A stretch of 62,704 bases of DNA from Euryarchaeota archaeon UBA23. GTDB taxonomy: Archaea > Thermoplasmatota > Poseidoniia > Poseidoniales > Thalassarchaeaceae. The DNA lies in the NCBI GenBank assembly GCA_002498725.1, contig DAIJ01000032.1, positions 1 through 62,704 on the forward strand, given 5' to 3'. Made by a program: the position numbers and the translations under genes. The stretch's first letter is position 1; each line of letters opens with the position of its first letter. The notes beneath the pieces were generated by a model. The model ran no database searches and was not told the DNA's origin. It saw only the letters and a list, made by a program, of their open reading frames with translations. Below are positions 49,409-58,037 of this stretch, one piece after another.

Positions 49409-51346
49409 ATGGACGGAAGAGGAGCCTCGATTCTCGATTTACCTCAAATGAGGAATAACCCATTTGACCTCCGGCCAATTGAGCCAAACAACGCCGAACT
49501 ACTAATTGGCCGAGACATAGTTATGAGTAAGTGGCGAGATTATATGATATCTCAAACACCTCGTATGCTTCTATTAGTTGGAGAACAAGGATCAGGTAAA
49601 ACATCCTTAATCAATGCATTATCTTCTCAAAACTCTAGTCGACCATATATTGGTCAATATTGGCCAGATAGTGATGACCCCGCACATTCGATAATACATG
49701 ACATTTCAATCCACTTCGGAGGTTTTGATTTATCTCCATCCATACAACAGGTTTCAGATAATCTGGTTGAAATGATGTATAAAGAAAAAGGACCACTCCC
49801 GTTGATAGCTTTTGACTATCCTTCTTCTGTCGATTTTGACAAAACACTATCTCGCCTTCTTCCTATGTTACAAAGACTAAGGGCATTGATTATTGTATCA
49901 TTAACTCCTAATCAACAATCTAACTTAAATCCAGAAATTTTAGATCTATTTGATGAACCGTACCAAATATTGAATTTGACCAAAAAACAAATACAAAACT
50001 TGTCAGATAGGAGAATGTCTAGATCTGCAAATCAAAAGTGGATTATTAGAGATAGTATACTAAGTGCAATTCATGAAAATACCGACGGCAATCCAAGAAA
50101 AGTGGTTCGCCTCCTCCGTGATTTAGTAGATGAAAGGCATGAATCTCCAGATGGTGGGGTATTAGACCGTCTAATGACCTGGAGAGCAACTCCAAGGCAA
50201 TCAGTAACTCCTGCCCCACAAACTGAAGTAGAAATGCGAGATGATTTCGAGAACTTAGAAACATTAGATGTTTTCATAGAAGCAAATGAGGATACGATAG
50301 AAGAATCAGAATTGGAAGATTTAGAGGAAGATGAGCCAGAGGATCTCTGGGATGACGAAATTATTGATTCAGAAGATCAAGCTAAAGATGAATGGCAAGA
50401 TGATTTTGAAGCTCCTGAAAATTTGTGGAATAAAGAGGAAGAGGAGGATGAATCAGAAGAAGAAAGAATTCATGTTGCTGAATCAGAATCTACTCCAAAT
50501 ACCTCTGATGAGATTTATATGAGTACTACTGCAGATAACGCATTCCTGTATATGGAAGAAGGTACAGAACCACCTAAATCAGAACATCTTAAGGGAAATT
50601 TTGGTAATCTTCTAAGCCGCACTGTAAGAATTGGAGATAGATTACCTACAGGTCCGGATGATACACCTATAGACGTAGCCCAACCTCATCCTAGCCTAAT
50701 GCCTAGAAAGATGGATCCACAACCTAGAAACTCAGAAAATAATGATTCAAACGCACGAATAGACACTTCGATAAGGCCAGAAGATGATGAAGTAATGAGT
50801 ACTGAAGCCGCCCTTTGGATTGTAGATACAAATTCCAAGAATACTCTTCCATCTATTGAACCTCCACCAGCACCACCCAAAATTGACAATAATCCCATAG
50901 AAATTGAAACTGAATGGTTTGTTGATGATAGTCTGCCAGAAGAAGAATCGATTCCTGAACCTATATTTGAGGCACCACAAGTAAGCATACCTACAATCCC
51001 TTCACCCCCTCCTCTGCCACCAACTCCTGTGTCAATACCCGTTCAGATTCCTGTTTCACTAGGGCCTACTTGGGAGCCTGATAATCCTTTCAACCCAATA
51101 GTTTTGCAAACTTTAACTGAAGCTGAAAGAATGATTTTAGAAGCCTCTTCTACACGTGAGGTTTCACCTTCTGATGATGAATTACAAGCTCGTTTGGAAG
51201 TTGGGCGTTCGCGTCTTTCTCAAATTTACAATGATTTGAGACGTAAGGGATTACTTTCAGTAAGAAAACATGGTCGTACTAGATATTTCAAACTCAGCGA
51301 GGCTGCAAATCAGCACTTGCGAGGAGCACCAGAGGGGGTTGCATAA
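49409..51346 (+). CDS. P-loop/AAA+-type domain, long acidic Pro-rich linker and C-terminal winged-helix DNA-binding domain
   Basis: NPF...LIGRD, GEQGSGKTS (Walker A), LIAFDY (degenerate Walker B), GNPRKVVRLL; D/E/P-rich middle; LTEAERMILE...ELQARLEVGRSRLSQIYNDLRRKGLL..RKHGRTRYFKLS. Confidence 0.8.
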   Translation: MDGRGASILDLPQMRNNPFDLRPIEPNNAELLIGRDIVMSKWRDYMISQTPRMLLLVGEQGSGKTSLINALSSQNSSRPYIGQYWPDSDDPAHSIIHDISIHFGGFDLSPSIQQVSDNLVEMMYKEKGPLPLIAFDYPSSVDFDKTLSRLLPMLQRLRALIIVSLTPNQQSNLNPEILDLFDEPYQILNLTKKQIQNLSDRRMSRSANQKWIIRDSILSAIHENTDGNPRKVVRLLRDLVDERHESPDGGVLDRLMTWRATPRQSVTPAPQTEVEMRDDFENLETLDVFIEANEDTIEESELEDLEEDEPEDLWDDEIIDSEDQAKDEWQDDFEAPENLWNKEEEEDESEEERIHVAESESTPNTSDEIYMSTTADNAFLYMEEGTEPPKSEHLKGNFGNLLSRTVRIGDRLPTGPDDTPIDVAQPHPSLMPRKMDPQPRNSENNDSNARIDTSIRPEDDEVMSTEAALWIVDTNSKNTLPSIEPPPAPPKIDNNPIEIETEWFVDDSLPEEESIPEPIFEAPQVSIPTIPSPPPLPPTPVSIPVQIPVSLGPTWEPDNPFNPIVLQTLTEAERMILEASSTREVSPSDDELQARLEVGRSRLSQIYNDLRRKGLLSVRKHGRTRYFKLSEAANQHLRGAPEGVA

Positions 51347-51642
51347 TGTCAGATGATGGTTCAATTGTAACAAAAGAAAAGGTAGAGAGGTATCTCGCAT
51401 TAACTGCAGAAGCTAGAGCAAAGGCGACACCAATTACTGAATCAGAAGAAGATTCAGCGCGTCTTGTATCTATGATGAGGATGTGTGATGATTACCAGGC
51501 TGATGCAAAACATTTTCTAGAAAAAGGTGACTTAGTCCGTGCATTTGGGGCTATCAATTATGCACATGCTTGGATCGATGCTGCAGTTCGTATTGGACTG
51601 ATGAATGGTCATGATGATGATCGATTATTCACTTTACCATAA
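51346..51642 (+). CDS. DUF357 family protein
   Basis: M...Y..DA.HFLEKGDLVRAFGAINYAHAWIDAAVRIG; TAATG overlap with the upstream gene. Confidence 0.88.
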   Translation: MSDDGSIVTKEKVERYLALTAEARAKATPITESEEDSARLVSMMRMCDDYQADAKHFLEKGDLVRAFGAINYAHAWIDAAVRIGLMNGHDDDRLFTLP

Positions 51643-51752
51643 CTAAATCAAAGGGTAGGGGAGTTCATTTCATCTACTAGTGTAACTATGATGATGTTAG
51701 CATCGATTTCGGTATCCCAAACAGTTAAAATTTGAACTCATTTCCACAGGTT

Positions 51753-52040
51753 ATGTATTATAGGATTACCAAAGCAACAGTACGATCGGATAAGTTTGAG
51801 GAAGCAATGTCAACAATGGAGTCGTTGAGAGAAAGTATCGGCAAAATTAACGGCCTTGTAAGTAGCAATCTAGTACGAATAAGTGATACAGAAATGATAG
51901 GAGTTGCTGCTTATGAAAGTAAGGAACACTTAGAAGCATCACAAAAAGAATTCAGTGAGCTTATGGCGAAAATGATGCCATACATGGCAGGAGCGCCCGA
52001 AGTGTCTTTTGGAGAAGGAATTTTTTCCTTCAACTCTTGA
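51753..52040 (+). CDS. Small ABM-like (dimeric alpha/beta barrel) protein
   Basis: 95 aa; V.SDKFEEA, I.GL.S, VAAYESKEHLEAS, MMPYMAG.PEV. Confidence 0.7.
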   Translation: MYYRITKATVRSDKFEEAMSTMESLRESIGKINGLVSSNLVRISDTEMIGVAAYESKEHLEASQKEFSELMAKMMPYMAGAPEVSFGEGIFSFNS

Positions 52041-52082
52041 GTAACCCTCTATTTCTCATAAACAATAATAAATACCCTTTAA

Positions 52083-52448
52083 TTACTCAACTCTTCGAAG
52101 TGAAGGACCACTAGTAACTTCGATATATGATCCACCCGAATTAACTAATCGCTCCTTCAAGCGTCTATCTACTGTCAGAACTGGGCTACCCATTTCTATG
52201 GCCAAACTTACTAACATATCATCAGTATGAGACATTCCTTCAATATCAGAAATTCTTTCAGATCTCTTTTCAAGTAAGTCTAGTAACAATCCACTTCTCT
52301 TTTTTCCAAGTGCATGAAGCTCACTAGCCACTGAATCTAGAAGTAGTAATTTAGGAGATCCCGCAACAGATGCCATAGCAGAATCGATATTCAATTTAGC
52401 ATCAACTAATGCAGCCCAACCACAAGCGTCGATAAGGACGCTAGACAT
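52083..52448 (-). CDS. PIN-domain protein (aIF2-gamma-linked, Fcf1/Utp24-like)
   Basis: VLIDA, SV.SEL, TDD, VLTVDRRLKERL; position downstream of eif2g. Confidence 0.82.
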   Translation of the reverse strand: MSSVLIDACGWAALVDAKLNIDSAMASVAGSPKLLLLDSVASELHALGKKRSGLLLDLLEKRSERISDIEGMSHTDDMLVSLAIEMGSPVLTVDRRLKERLVNSGGSYIEVTSGPSLRRVE

Positions 52449-52452
52449 CTAT

Positions 52453-53700
52453 TCACCCCACGATGGTACCGTGACCAATTAATCGCCATCGGGTTCCAAT
52501 TCTACGTGAGAGAGTAATTCGACTACCTTCTAGAGCACAAATTGGTAAACGCAAAACCAAGGTAGTCTTCTTACCCTTGATTGCTGTTACTTGGCCAACA
52601 CTTGTTGCAGTTGCAGAATTGACCATTAGCATTTCACCGGGCTGTAATGGCCTAACTTTCTCTGGTTCATCATCACCACTAGCTACCATCTTCTGCATAA
52701 GTTCAAGATTTAGTTTCAATTCTTCCCATATTGGTGGTAATTCTCCTTCTCTAGCCATTACTTGGCCCGAAAGGTCATCAGCCTTAGTGACAAATGGATC
52801 CATTGGTGTAGCAACACCACACAATCCTCCAGCGTGAACAGTGTCGATATTCAATCCCCCTCCTTTGAGGGATTCGATATTTGTCTTGATTGGCTCCCAA
52901 CGAGTTTTGTTACCTTCCTTAACTCTCCTTCCTGGAGCGATAACAATGTTGTCTCCAACAGAGAATTCTCCTTTCACTACAGATCCTCCAATAATCCCTC
53001 CCTTCAGATCTTCTGGTCTAGTGCCTGGTCTATTGATATCGAAAGATCTAGCTACATACATCAGAGCCTGTTTTTCTTTACCATGGTCTGGAGTTGGAAT
53101 TGTTTCTTCAATTGCTTGAATTAGTACATCTAGATTTACATCATGATGAGCTGAAATAGGGATTATTGGAGCATTTTCTGCTATAGTTCCGCTAACAAAA
53201 TCTTTGATTTCATTGTATGATTCCATGGCTCTTTCTCGAGTCACAATATCGATTTTATTTTGTACGACAATAATATTCTCTATACCTGCGATTTCAAGTG
53301 CGGCTAAATGTTCTCTTGTTTGTGGTTGGGGGCATTTCTCAGTTGCAGATATGAGAAGTAATGCACCATCCATTATAGATGAACCTGATATCATTACAGC
53401 CATCAGAGTCTCGTGACCAGGAGCATCAACAAATGATACTACTCGGAGTAATTCTTTATCGTCATTTTTTCCACCATCAGGATGCTTATCTTTTGGATAA
53501 TAATTCCCGTTCTTTGTTTTATAGAAAGCAGTATCTGCGTATCCAAGTTTGATACTTATCCCTCTCTTTCTTTCTTCTGAGTGTGTATCAGTCCAAACTC
53601 CTGATAGAGCACGAGTAAGTGTGGTTTTTCCATGGTCGACATGGCCAACCATGCCAATGTTAACTTCTGGCTGTTTAGGAAGATTATTTGCCAGAATCAT
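52453..53700 (-). CDS. eif2g: Translation initiation factor 2 gamma subunit
   Basis: QPEVNIGMVGHVDHGKTT, RGISIKLGYAD, DAPGHE, CPQPQTREH, QNKID, RWRLIG.G. Confidence 0.97.
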   Translation of the reverse strand: MILANNLPKQPEVNIGMVGHVDHGKTTLTRALSGVWTDTHSEERKRGISIKLGYADTAFYKTKNGNYYPKDKHPDGGKNDDKELLRVVSFVDAPGHETLMAVMISGSSIMDGALLLISATEKCPQPQTREHLAALEIAGIENIIVVQNKIDIVTRERAMESYNEIKDFVSGTIAENAPIIPISAHHDVNLDVLIQAIEETIPTPDHGKEKQALMYVARSFDINRPGTRPEDLKGGIIGGSVVKGEFSVGDNIVIAPGRRVKEGNKTRWEPIKTNIESLKGGGLNIDTVHAGGLCGVATPMDPFVTKADDLSGQVMAREGELPPIWEELKLNLELMQKMVASGDDEPEKVRPLQPGEMLMVNSATATSVGQVTAIKGKKTTLVLRLPICALEGSRITLSRRIGTRWRLIGHGTIVG

Positions 53701-53714
53701 CAACTCCCACTGAT

Positions 53715-54212
53715 TCACTCCTCTTCATCAGAGGATGTCTCAGCAGGAGCCTCTTCTTCGAGACCAAAGATCGCAGAAAGAGTTCTCTTCCCTGTCTCTA
53801 CGACCTTCAAATTGATTTGTCTTGTATCCTGGCTGATTACATTACCACGTAGATTTCTACGTCGGCGAATCCCATCATACTTGTATCGATAGACTTGTGA
53901 ATTTTTCTTAACGTAGCGCTTCCCTTTGTACCCTACTCCTGGCGATACTAGAACGGATTTAACACCGCCACCATCTAGATCAGGTCTCATAGGACGTCCA
54001 GTTATATCGGATCCACCTGTTATTTGCAATTTGTAGCCGGATAGAGCTTGATCTCCTTCTCCAACGAACATACCATCAACACTATCTCCTATTTTCTTAC
54101 CTAGGAAATGATTGTAGTTAGATCCTGTAATATCTACAGAAAATGCCCTACCCTTGGCTTTAGGGTTGGTATCATTGATCACTGCCTTGAAGGCTTGTTC
54201 TCCGCCTGCCAT
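53715..54212 (-). CDS. rps6e: 30S ribosomal protein S6e (eS6)
   Basis: GKKIGD.VDG, GYKLQITGGSD.TG.PMRPD, G.RRR..LRGN.IS....QINLKV. Confidence 0.95.
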   Translation of the reverse strand: MAGGEQAFKAVINDTNPKAKGRAFSVDITGSNYNHFLGKKIGDSVDGMFVGEGDQALSGYKLQITGGSDITGRPMRPDLDGGGVKSVLVSPGVGYKGKRYVKKNSQVYRYKYDGIRRRRNLRGNVISQDTRQINLKVVETGKRTLSAIFGLEEEAPAETSSDEEE

Positions 54213-54282
54213 TATGTCACCTGAACGGCCTCCCGACAGGAGACCCCTATAAGAGCGGTTCGGAATCACCTACGGTGATCGA

Positions 54283-55458
54283 TTAGCCTCTAAGAAATTC
54301 TTTCTCTATTCTACTTTCAAGAGTTGCAGGAGATGTATTTGTCATGGTTATGTGCTGAGTTCTACCTCTTCCTTCGCTGGCATTTGCAGATCTACTCTCA
54401 ATCAGTCCTTCAATTTCTAATGCTTTCAGATGTTTCCAAAATGTAGTATAACCTCTAGCTTTTACTCCAAACTCCTCACAAACTAATTGATACAATTTCT
54501 GGGCATCACCACTTGATATTTCTTCAGCTTTTTTCAGTCTTCTACAAATACCTAGTAGTACAAGTTTTTGATGTTTGGAAAGGTTGTCAACCTGCGCTGG
54601 CTCAAGTGATGCATTACGAAGAGTACTAGGTTGAACATCATCCGGTAAAACTTCACCTCTTCCTTCTTTTTCTGCACGACGTATTGCCGCATCTAGAAGT
54701 TCAATAGCCATTCTAGCATCGCCTACTTCAGCAGCAAACTCCCCTATTTTCTTCAATGTTTTTTTGCTGACTGATCCAGACTTACATGCAACTTCTGCTC
54801 TTTGCTCAGCAATCATAGTCAGTGTTCTGGAACCGTAAGGCTGTAACTTTAAGATATTTGAATGTCCTAATCGTGAAATAATAGCGGGTTCGAAGTATTT
54901 CATTAATGCAGCATCTTGGCTAACTAGAATTATTGATAACGAACCAGACTTGTCTTGGCCTTCATCTATACGCAGTAGTTTGTATATCAAGTCAGAAGAA
55001 TCTCTTCGAACAAGAACATCAACCTCATCAAGTATTAGCAATAGATGTTTTTCATGTGCTTGAAGATTACGACGAATTGATTGTATAATTTCTCCAGAAC
55101 TAAAACCACGCTCTGGGTGTCTTGAATCAAGACTTAATGCAATTTGTTGGAGAACTTGGGATCCTGTTGGATGATTTCTACAGTTAACATGAGTTACTAC
55201 AATTTTTCTCCGCCCTTCAAGATGACGTTGAATGTCATTTCCAAACCGCTGAGTTAGAACTGTTTTACCCGCTCCAACTGGGCCTAAAATTACTGCTTGA
55301 CAACTTGTTCCATGATTCTCAATACGTGAAAATATTGATGCAATGTCGCTGAGTTCCTCATCTCTGCCAACTAGTTCAGGAGGTATCCAATCATAGGATA
55401 ATGGACTCTTGTCTATTAGGACCTTTCCTGCTCCAATACGGTCAAGGTAGCCTGCCAT
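54283..55458 (-). CDS. cdc6: ORC1/Cdc6 replication initiator
   Basis: DWIP.EL.GRD, GPVGAGKT, VNC, LILDEVD, PY, GDAR.AIELL, C-terminal winged helix with GRGRT. Confidence 0.94.
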   Translation of the reverse strand: MAGYLDRIGAGKVLIDKSPLSYDWIPPELVGRDEELSDIASIFSRIENHGTSCQAVILGPVGAGKTVLTQRFGNDIQRHLEGRRKIVVTHVNCRNHPTGSQVLQQIALSLDSRHPERGFSSGEIIQSIRRNLQAHEKHLLLILDEVDVLVRRDSSDLIYKLLRIDEGQDKSGSLSIILVSQDAALMKYFEPAIISRLGHSNILKLQPYGSRTLTMIAEQRAEVACKSGSVSKKTLKKIGEFAAEVGDARMAIELLDAAIRRAEKEGRGEVLPDDVQPSTLRNASLEPAQVDNLSKHQKLVLLGICRRLKKAEEISSGDAQKLYQLVCEEFGVKARGYTTFWKHLKALEIEGLIESRSANASEGRGRTQHITMTNTSPATLESRIEKEFLRG

Positions 55459-55549
55459 TGTTCCTTTTGTTAGTTGCGCCGTTCTTAGTGATTATTCGCG
55501 TCAAAGACTAAATTTATTCAGTTTCCAGATAAATCATATCAGGGCTAAA

Positions 55550-56656
55550 TCAATGGATTTCATCAAATTTATATCCATTTTCCCACTTTTTCTCACCTAA
55601 AACTACTTCAAGTTCGTAAGGAGTAATCATTGGTTTAGCATACTTTACAGCATCATCTATAGCAATTCTTGGACATGCTGTATTAACAAACACATCAACC
55701 GGATAGAAATCAATTAGCTCAGGTCCGACATGTTCTAATGAAAGGAGATATCCTTTCTTTCCATGTTTCTCTAATTTCTTTTTCATTCTAAGTGCCAGAT
55801 TTCTTCTCATTTGTCCTGGTTTTGCACCAATTAGAATGCCAAATCTATTCTTGTCCATGGAGGACATGATTAGGCCAGAACGCTGCCTTAGTATTCTTTC
55901 TATACGTTCTCGTCCCATTTCCTTTGCCTCTCCAGTGTAAGGGTCTAACATAGCCAATGGTTTTCCTGTATGTAGAACCAGACCTATAGGGTGGAAATCT
56001 CCACTACCAAGGAATATGTAATGTCCAACAGTGGGGTCATCACCTGAGTAATTGCAACCCAGAACTTGACCAGGAAATGATAAGCGGGCGCCGCCAACAG
56101 GTATAGTCACATCAAATCCAGCATCTTCGAAATATTTTTTGAATGTTGGAAGTAAATGTAAATGTTGAATACTTCCAACTAAACCAAGTTTTGTATCTGT
56201 AAGCGGAGCAACACGCCCAACCATGTCTTCGAATTTCTCAAGAGCTTCTAATTCCGACAAAACAGGTCCAGAAGCACTGTTAAGTCGTTCTTTTGCTATT
56301 TCTCGGTGTGCTTGAAGAAATGGTATAACAGGTGCAATTTCAGGGACTCCGTCGTAAGTAACTGGGATAAATTGTGTGGGCATGCCTGAATCTATGTTCA
56401 TTTGAGAGTGACCCATGTGAGCCACTAGTTCTACACCAATATTCTGCATTTTATCATGAACTAAATCACAGGATCCGTAGCATGGATCTGCAGAAAGTAC
56501 AACTCTTGCCGATGTTTCAGTTTCTATCTGATCCATCATTTCAAGTGCCTGCATTTTTAGCCCCTCTGGAACTTGAAGAGCAACTAATCTATTGTCATTC
56601 TCCTTTATCCTCTTGACCAAATCATCAAGTTCGAAATTATGCCTACTCAGGTCCAC
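55550..56656 (-). CDS. dph2: Diphthamide biosynthesis enzyme Dph2
   Basis: LQVPEGLK, CYGSCD, GQVLGCN, TACPRIAIDD. Confidence 0.95.
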   Translation of the reverse strand: MDLSRHNFELDDLVKRIKENDNRLVALQVPEGLKMQALEMMDQIETETSARVVLSADPCYGSCDLVHDKMQNIGVELVAHMGHSQMNIDSGMPTQFIPVTYDGVPEIAPVIPFLQAHREIAKERLNSASGPVLSELEALEKFEDMVGRVAPLTDTKLGLVGSIQHLHLLPTFKKYFEDAGFDVTIPVGGARLSFPGQVLGCNYSGDDPTVGHYIFLGSGDFHPIGLVLHTGKPLAMLDPYTGEAKEMGRERIERILRQRSGLIMSSMDKNRFGILIGAKPGQMRRNLALRMKKKLEKHGKKGYLLSLEHVGPELIDFYPVDVFVNTACPRIAIDDAVKYAKPMITPYELEVVLGEKKWENGYKFDEIH

Positions 56657-56669
56657 TATAAGCCCCCAT

Positions 56670-57248
56670 TCAGTCTACAATCTCAACTTTGCCATCTATT
56701 ATATCAATACCAACTAGTGAACGAATTGGCCAATGTGGTTTTTCCTCATTCAAACGTTTTCGGCCTTCCCCTTTTTCGATTGCTATTACTACATCTTGAA
56801 GTATGACACCCATATCCTCAAATTTTTGTAAAAGAGGTTCTAGAGTGCCACCAGTAGAAATCACATCATCTACTATCACGATCCTTTCTCCTGGTTTTAT
56901 GTCGTTAATGAAAACCGTGGATTGAGAGTAACCAGTCGCCACATCAACTTTAGTTTCTCCTTCCATACCATAAGATCGCTTCCGAATTACTACAGTAGGC
57001 TTACCAGTAGCGTCTCCAACTGCTGCCAATAGTGGTAATCCCATTGCCTCAACAGTAACAATTAGATCAACTTTTGACCAATCTACACTTGACACAATTA
57101 AATCACGAGTTGCGCGTAATACGTCAGGGTCCATTCTTGGAATTCCATCTGAAATAGGATGTATGAAGTAAGGATAATCTCCCTTCCATATAATCGGCGC
57201 TCCTCGGAGTGAGTCTTGGAGAATCCTAAGAGGGCTTCCGGCAGTCAT
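56670..57248 (-). CDS. hpt: Purine phosphoribosyltransferase (archaeal Hpt/Apt type)
   Basis: YPYFIHPISDG, EAMG.P, IRKR.YG, TGYS, IVDDVISTGGT. Confidence 0.9.
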   Translation of the reverse strand: MTAGSPLRILQDSLRGAPIIWKGDYPYFIHPISDGIPRMDPDVLRATRDLIVSSVDWSKVDLIVTVEAMGLPLLAAVGDATGKPTVVIRKRSYGMEGETKVDVATGYSQSTVFINDIKPGERIVIVDDVISTGGTLEPLLQKFEDMGVILQDVVIAIEKGEGRKRLNEEKPHWPIRSLVGIDIIDGKVEIVD

Positions 57249-57260
57249 TCCGGACCAACC

Positions 57261-57806
57261 TCAGACCAATCCCATTTTCCTTAAGTGATCTTCACCACGA
57301 GTTACACGAATAGTGTTCTTACATGGGAATTTCATACCTGCTTTTCTTAGAGCATCACGTGCTGCAGTATAATTTTCAGGAGTTGTGTGTATAGATACTA
57401 TCACATCATTTTTCTTTACTCTAGCAGCAGTTCCAACATTCTTTCCGAAGGATAGTCGCATTCCTTGCGAAACTCTATCTGCACCTGCACCTGTAGCCTG
57501 TTTATTCTCTCTTAGTATGTTATGAGGATATTTGTGAATTCTTAGAGCATAGCCTTGATCTCCTGCGGCATCTCTTATTGTTGCGTTAGCAACTTGTCGG
57601 CCTGCTTCAAGAGCAGTATGTCGTATTTGCACAGCATTGTCTACAGTCAATTCAACAACGACTGGAAATTCACCAGCCTCTGCTGCTTTTCGATTGCCCA
57701 TGTGGTAGCGTAAAATTCTGTTATTTGGAACACCGCCAGTGTATTCTCTTCGAGTGAAAGCTTGACCTTTTACTTGGCGATACATCTTTGCAGGCTTGCG
57801 TGCCAT
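57261..57806 (-). CDS. rpl10e: 50S ribosomal protein L10e (uL16)
   Basis: KPA.MYR, QIRH.ALEA.R, PH..LRENKQATGAGADRVSQGMR.SFGK..GTAARV. Confidence 0.97.
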   Translation of the reverse strand: MARKPAKMYRQVKGQAFTRREYTGGVPNNRILRYHMGNRKAAEAGEFPVVVELTVDNAVQIRHTALEAGRQVANATIRDAAGDQGYALRIHKYPHNILRENKQATGAGADRVSQGMRLSFGKNVGTAARVKKNDVIVSIHTTPENYTAARDALRKAGMKFPCKNTIRVTRGEDHLRKMGLV

Positions 57807-58037
57807 CTTGACAACCTCGGGATCGGCCGACCTGCCCGCCGTATATAATGCTGAGTGAAGCCCCTACGGGGCTCTATACTATCAATTCAATCAATTGATA
57901 TAATCCAGATTGGTAAGAAATTTTTATGATGGATTTATGTTACATTCATTATTTGTTAATCTCAATTTATTAGTTCCGATGAGAGTATTGCTTATGCACC
58001 CTCGGCGCTCAGCCCGAGTCCACGTGCAGCGTAAGCA

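Noticed and set aside
55459-55549. Canonical ORB origin upstream of cdc6
   Set aside because: Only about 90 bp, with a single weak gtttccagataaat match, no G-string and no repeated ORBs
57859-57873. Palindrome agcccc-tac-ggggct upstream of rpl10e
   Set aside because: Single 6-bp stem, no second copy seen; insufficient support for a function
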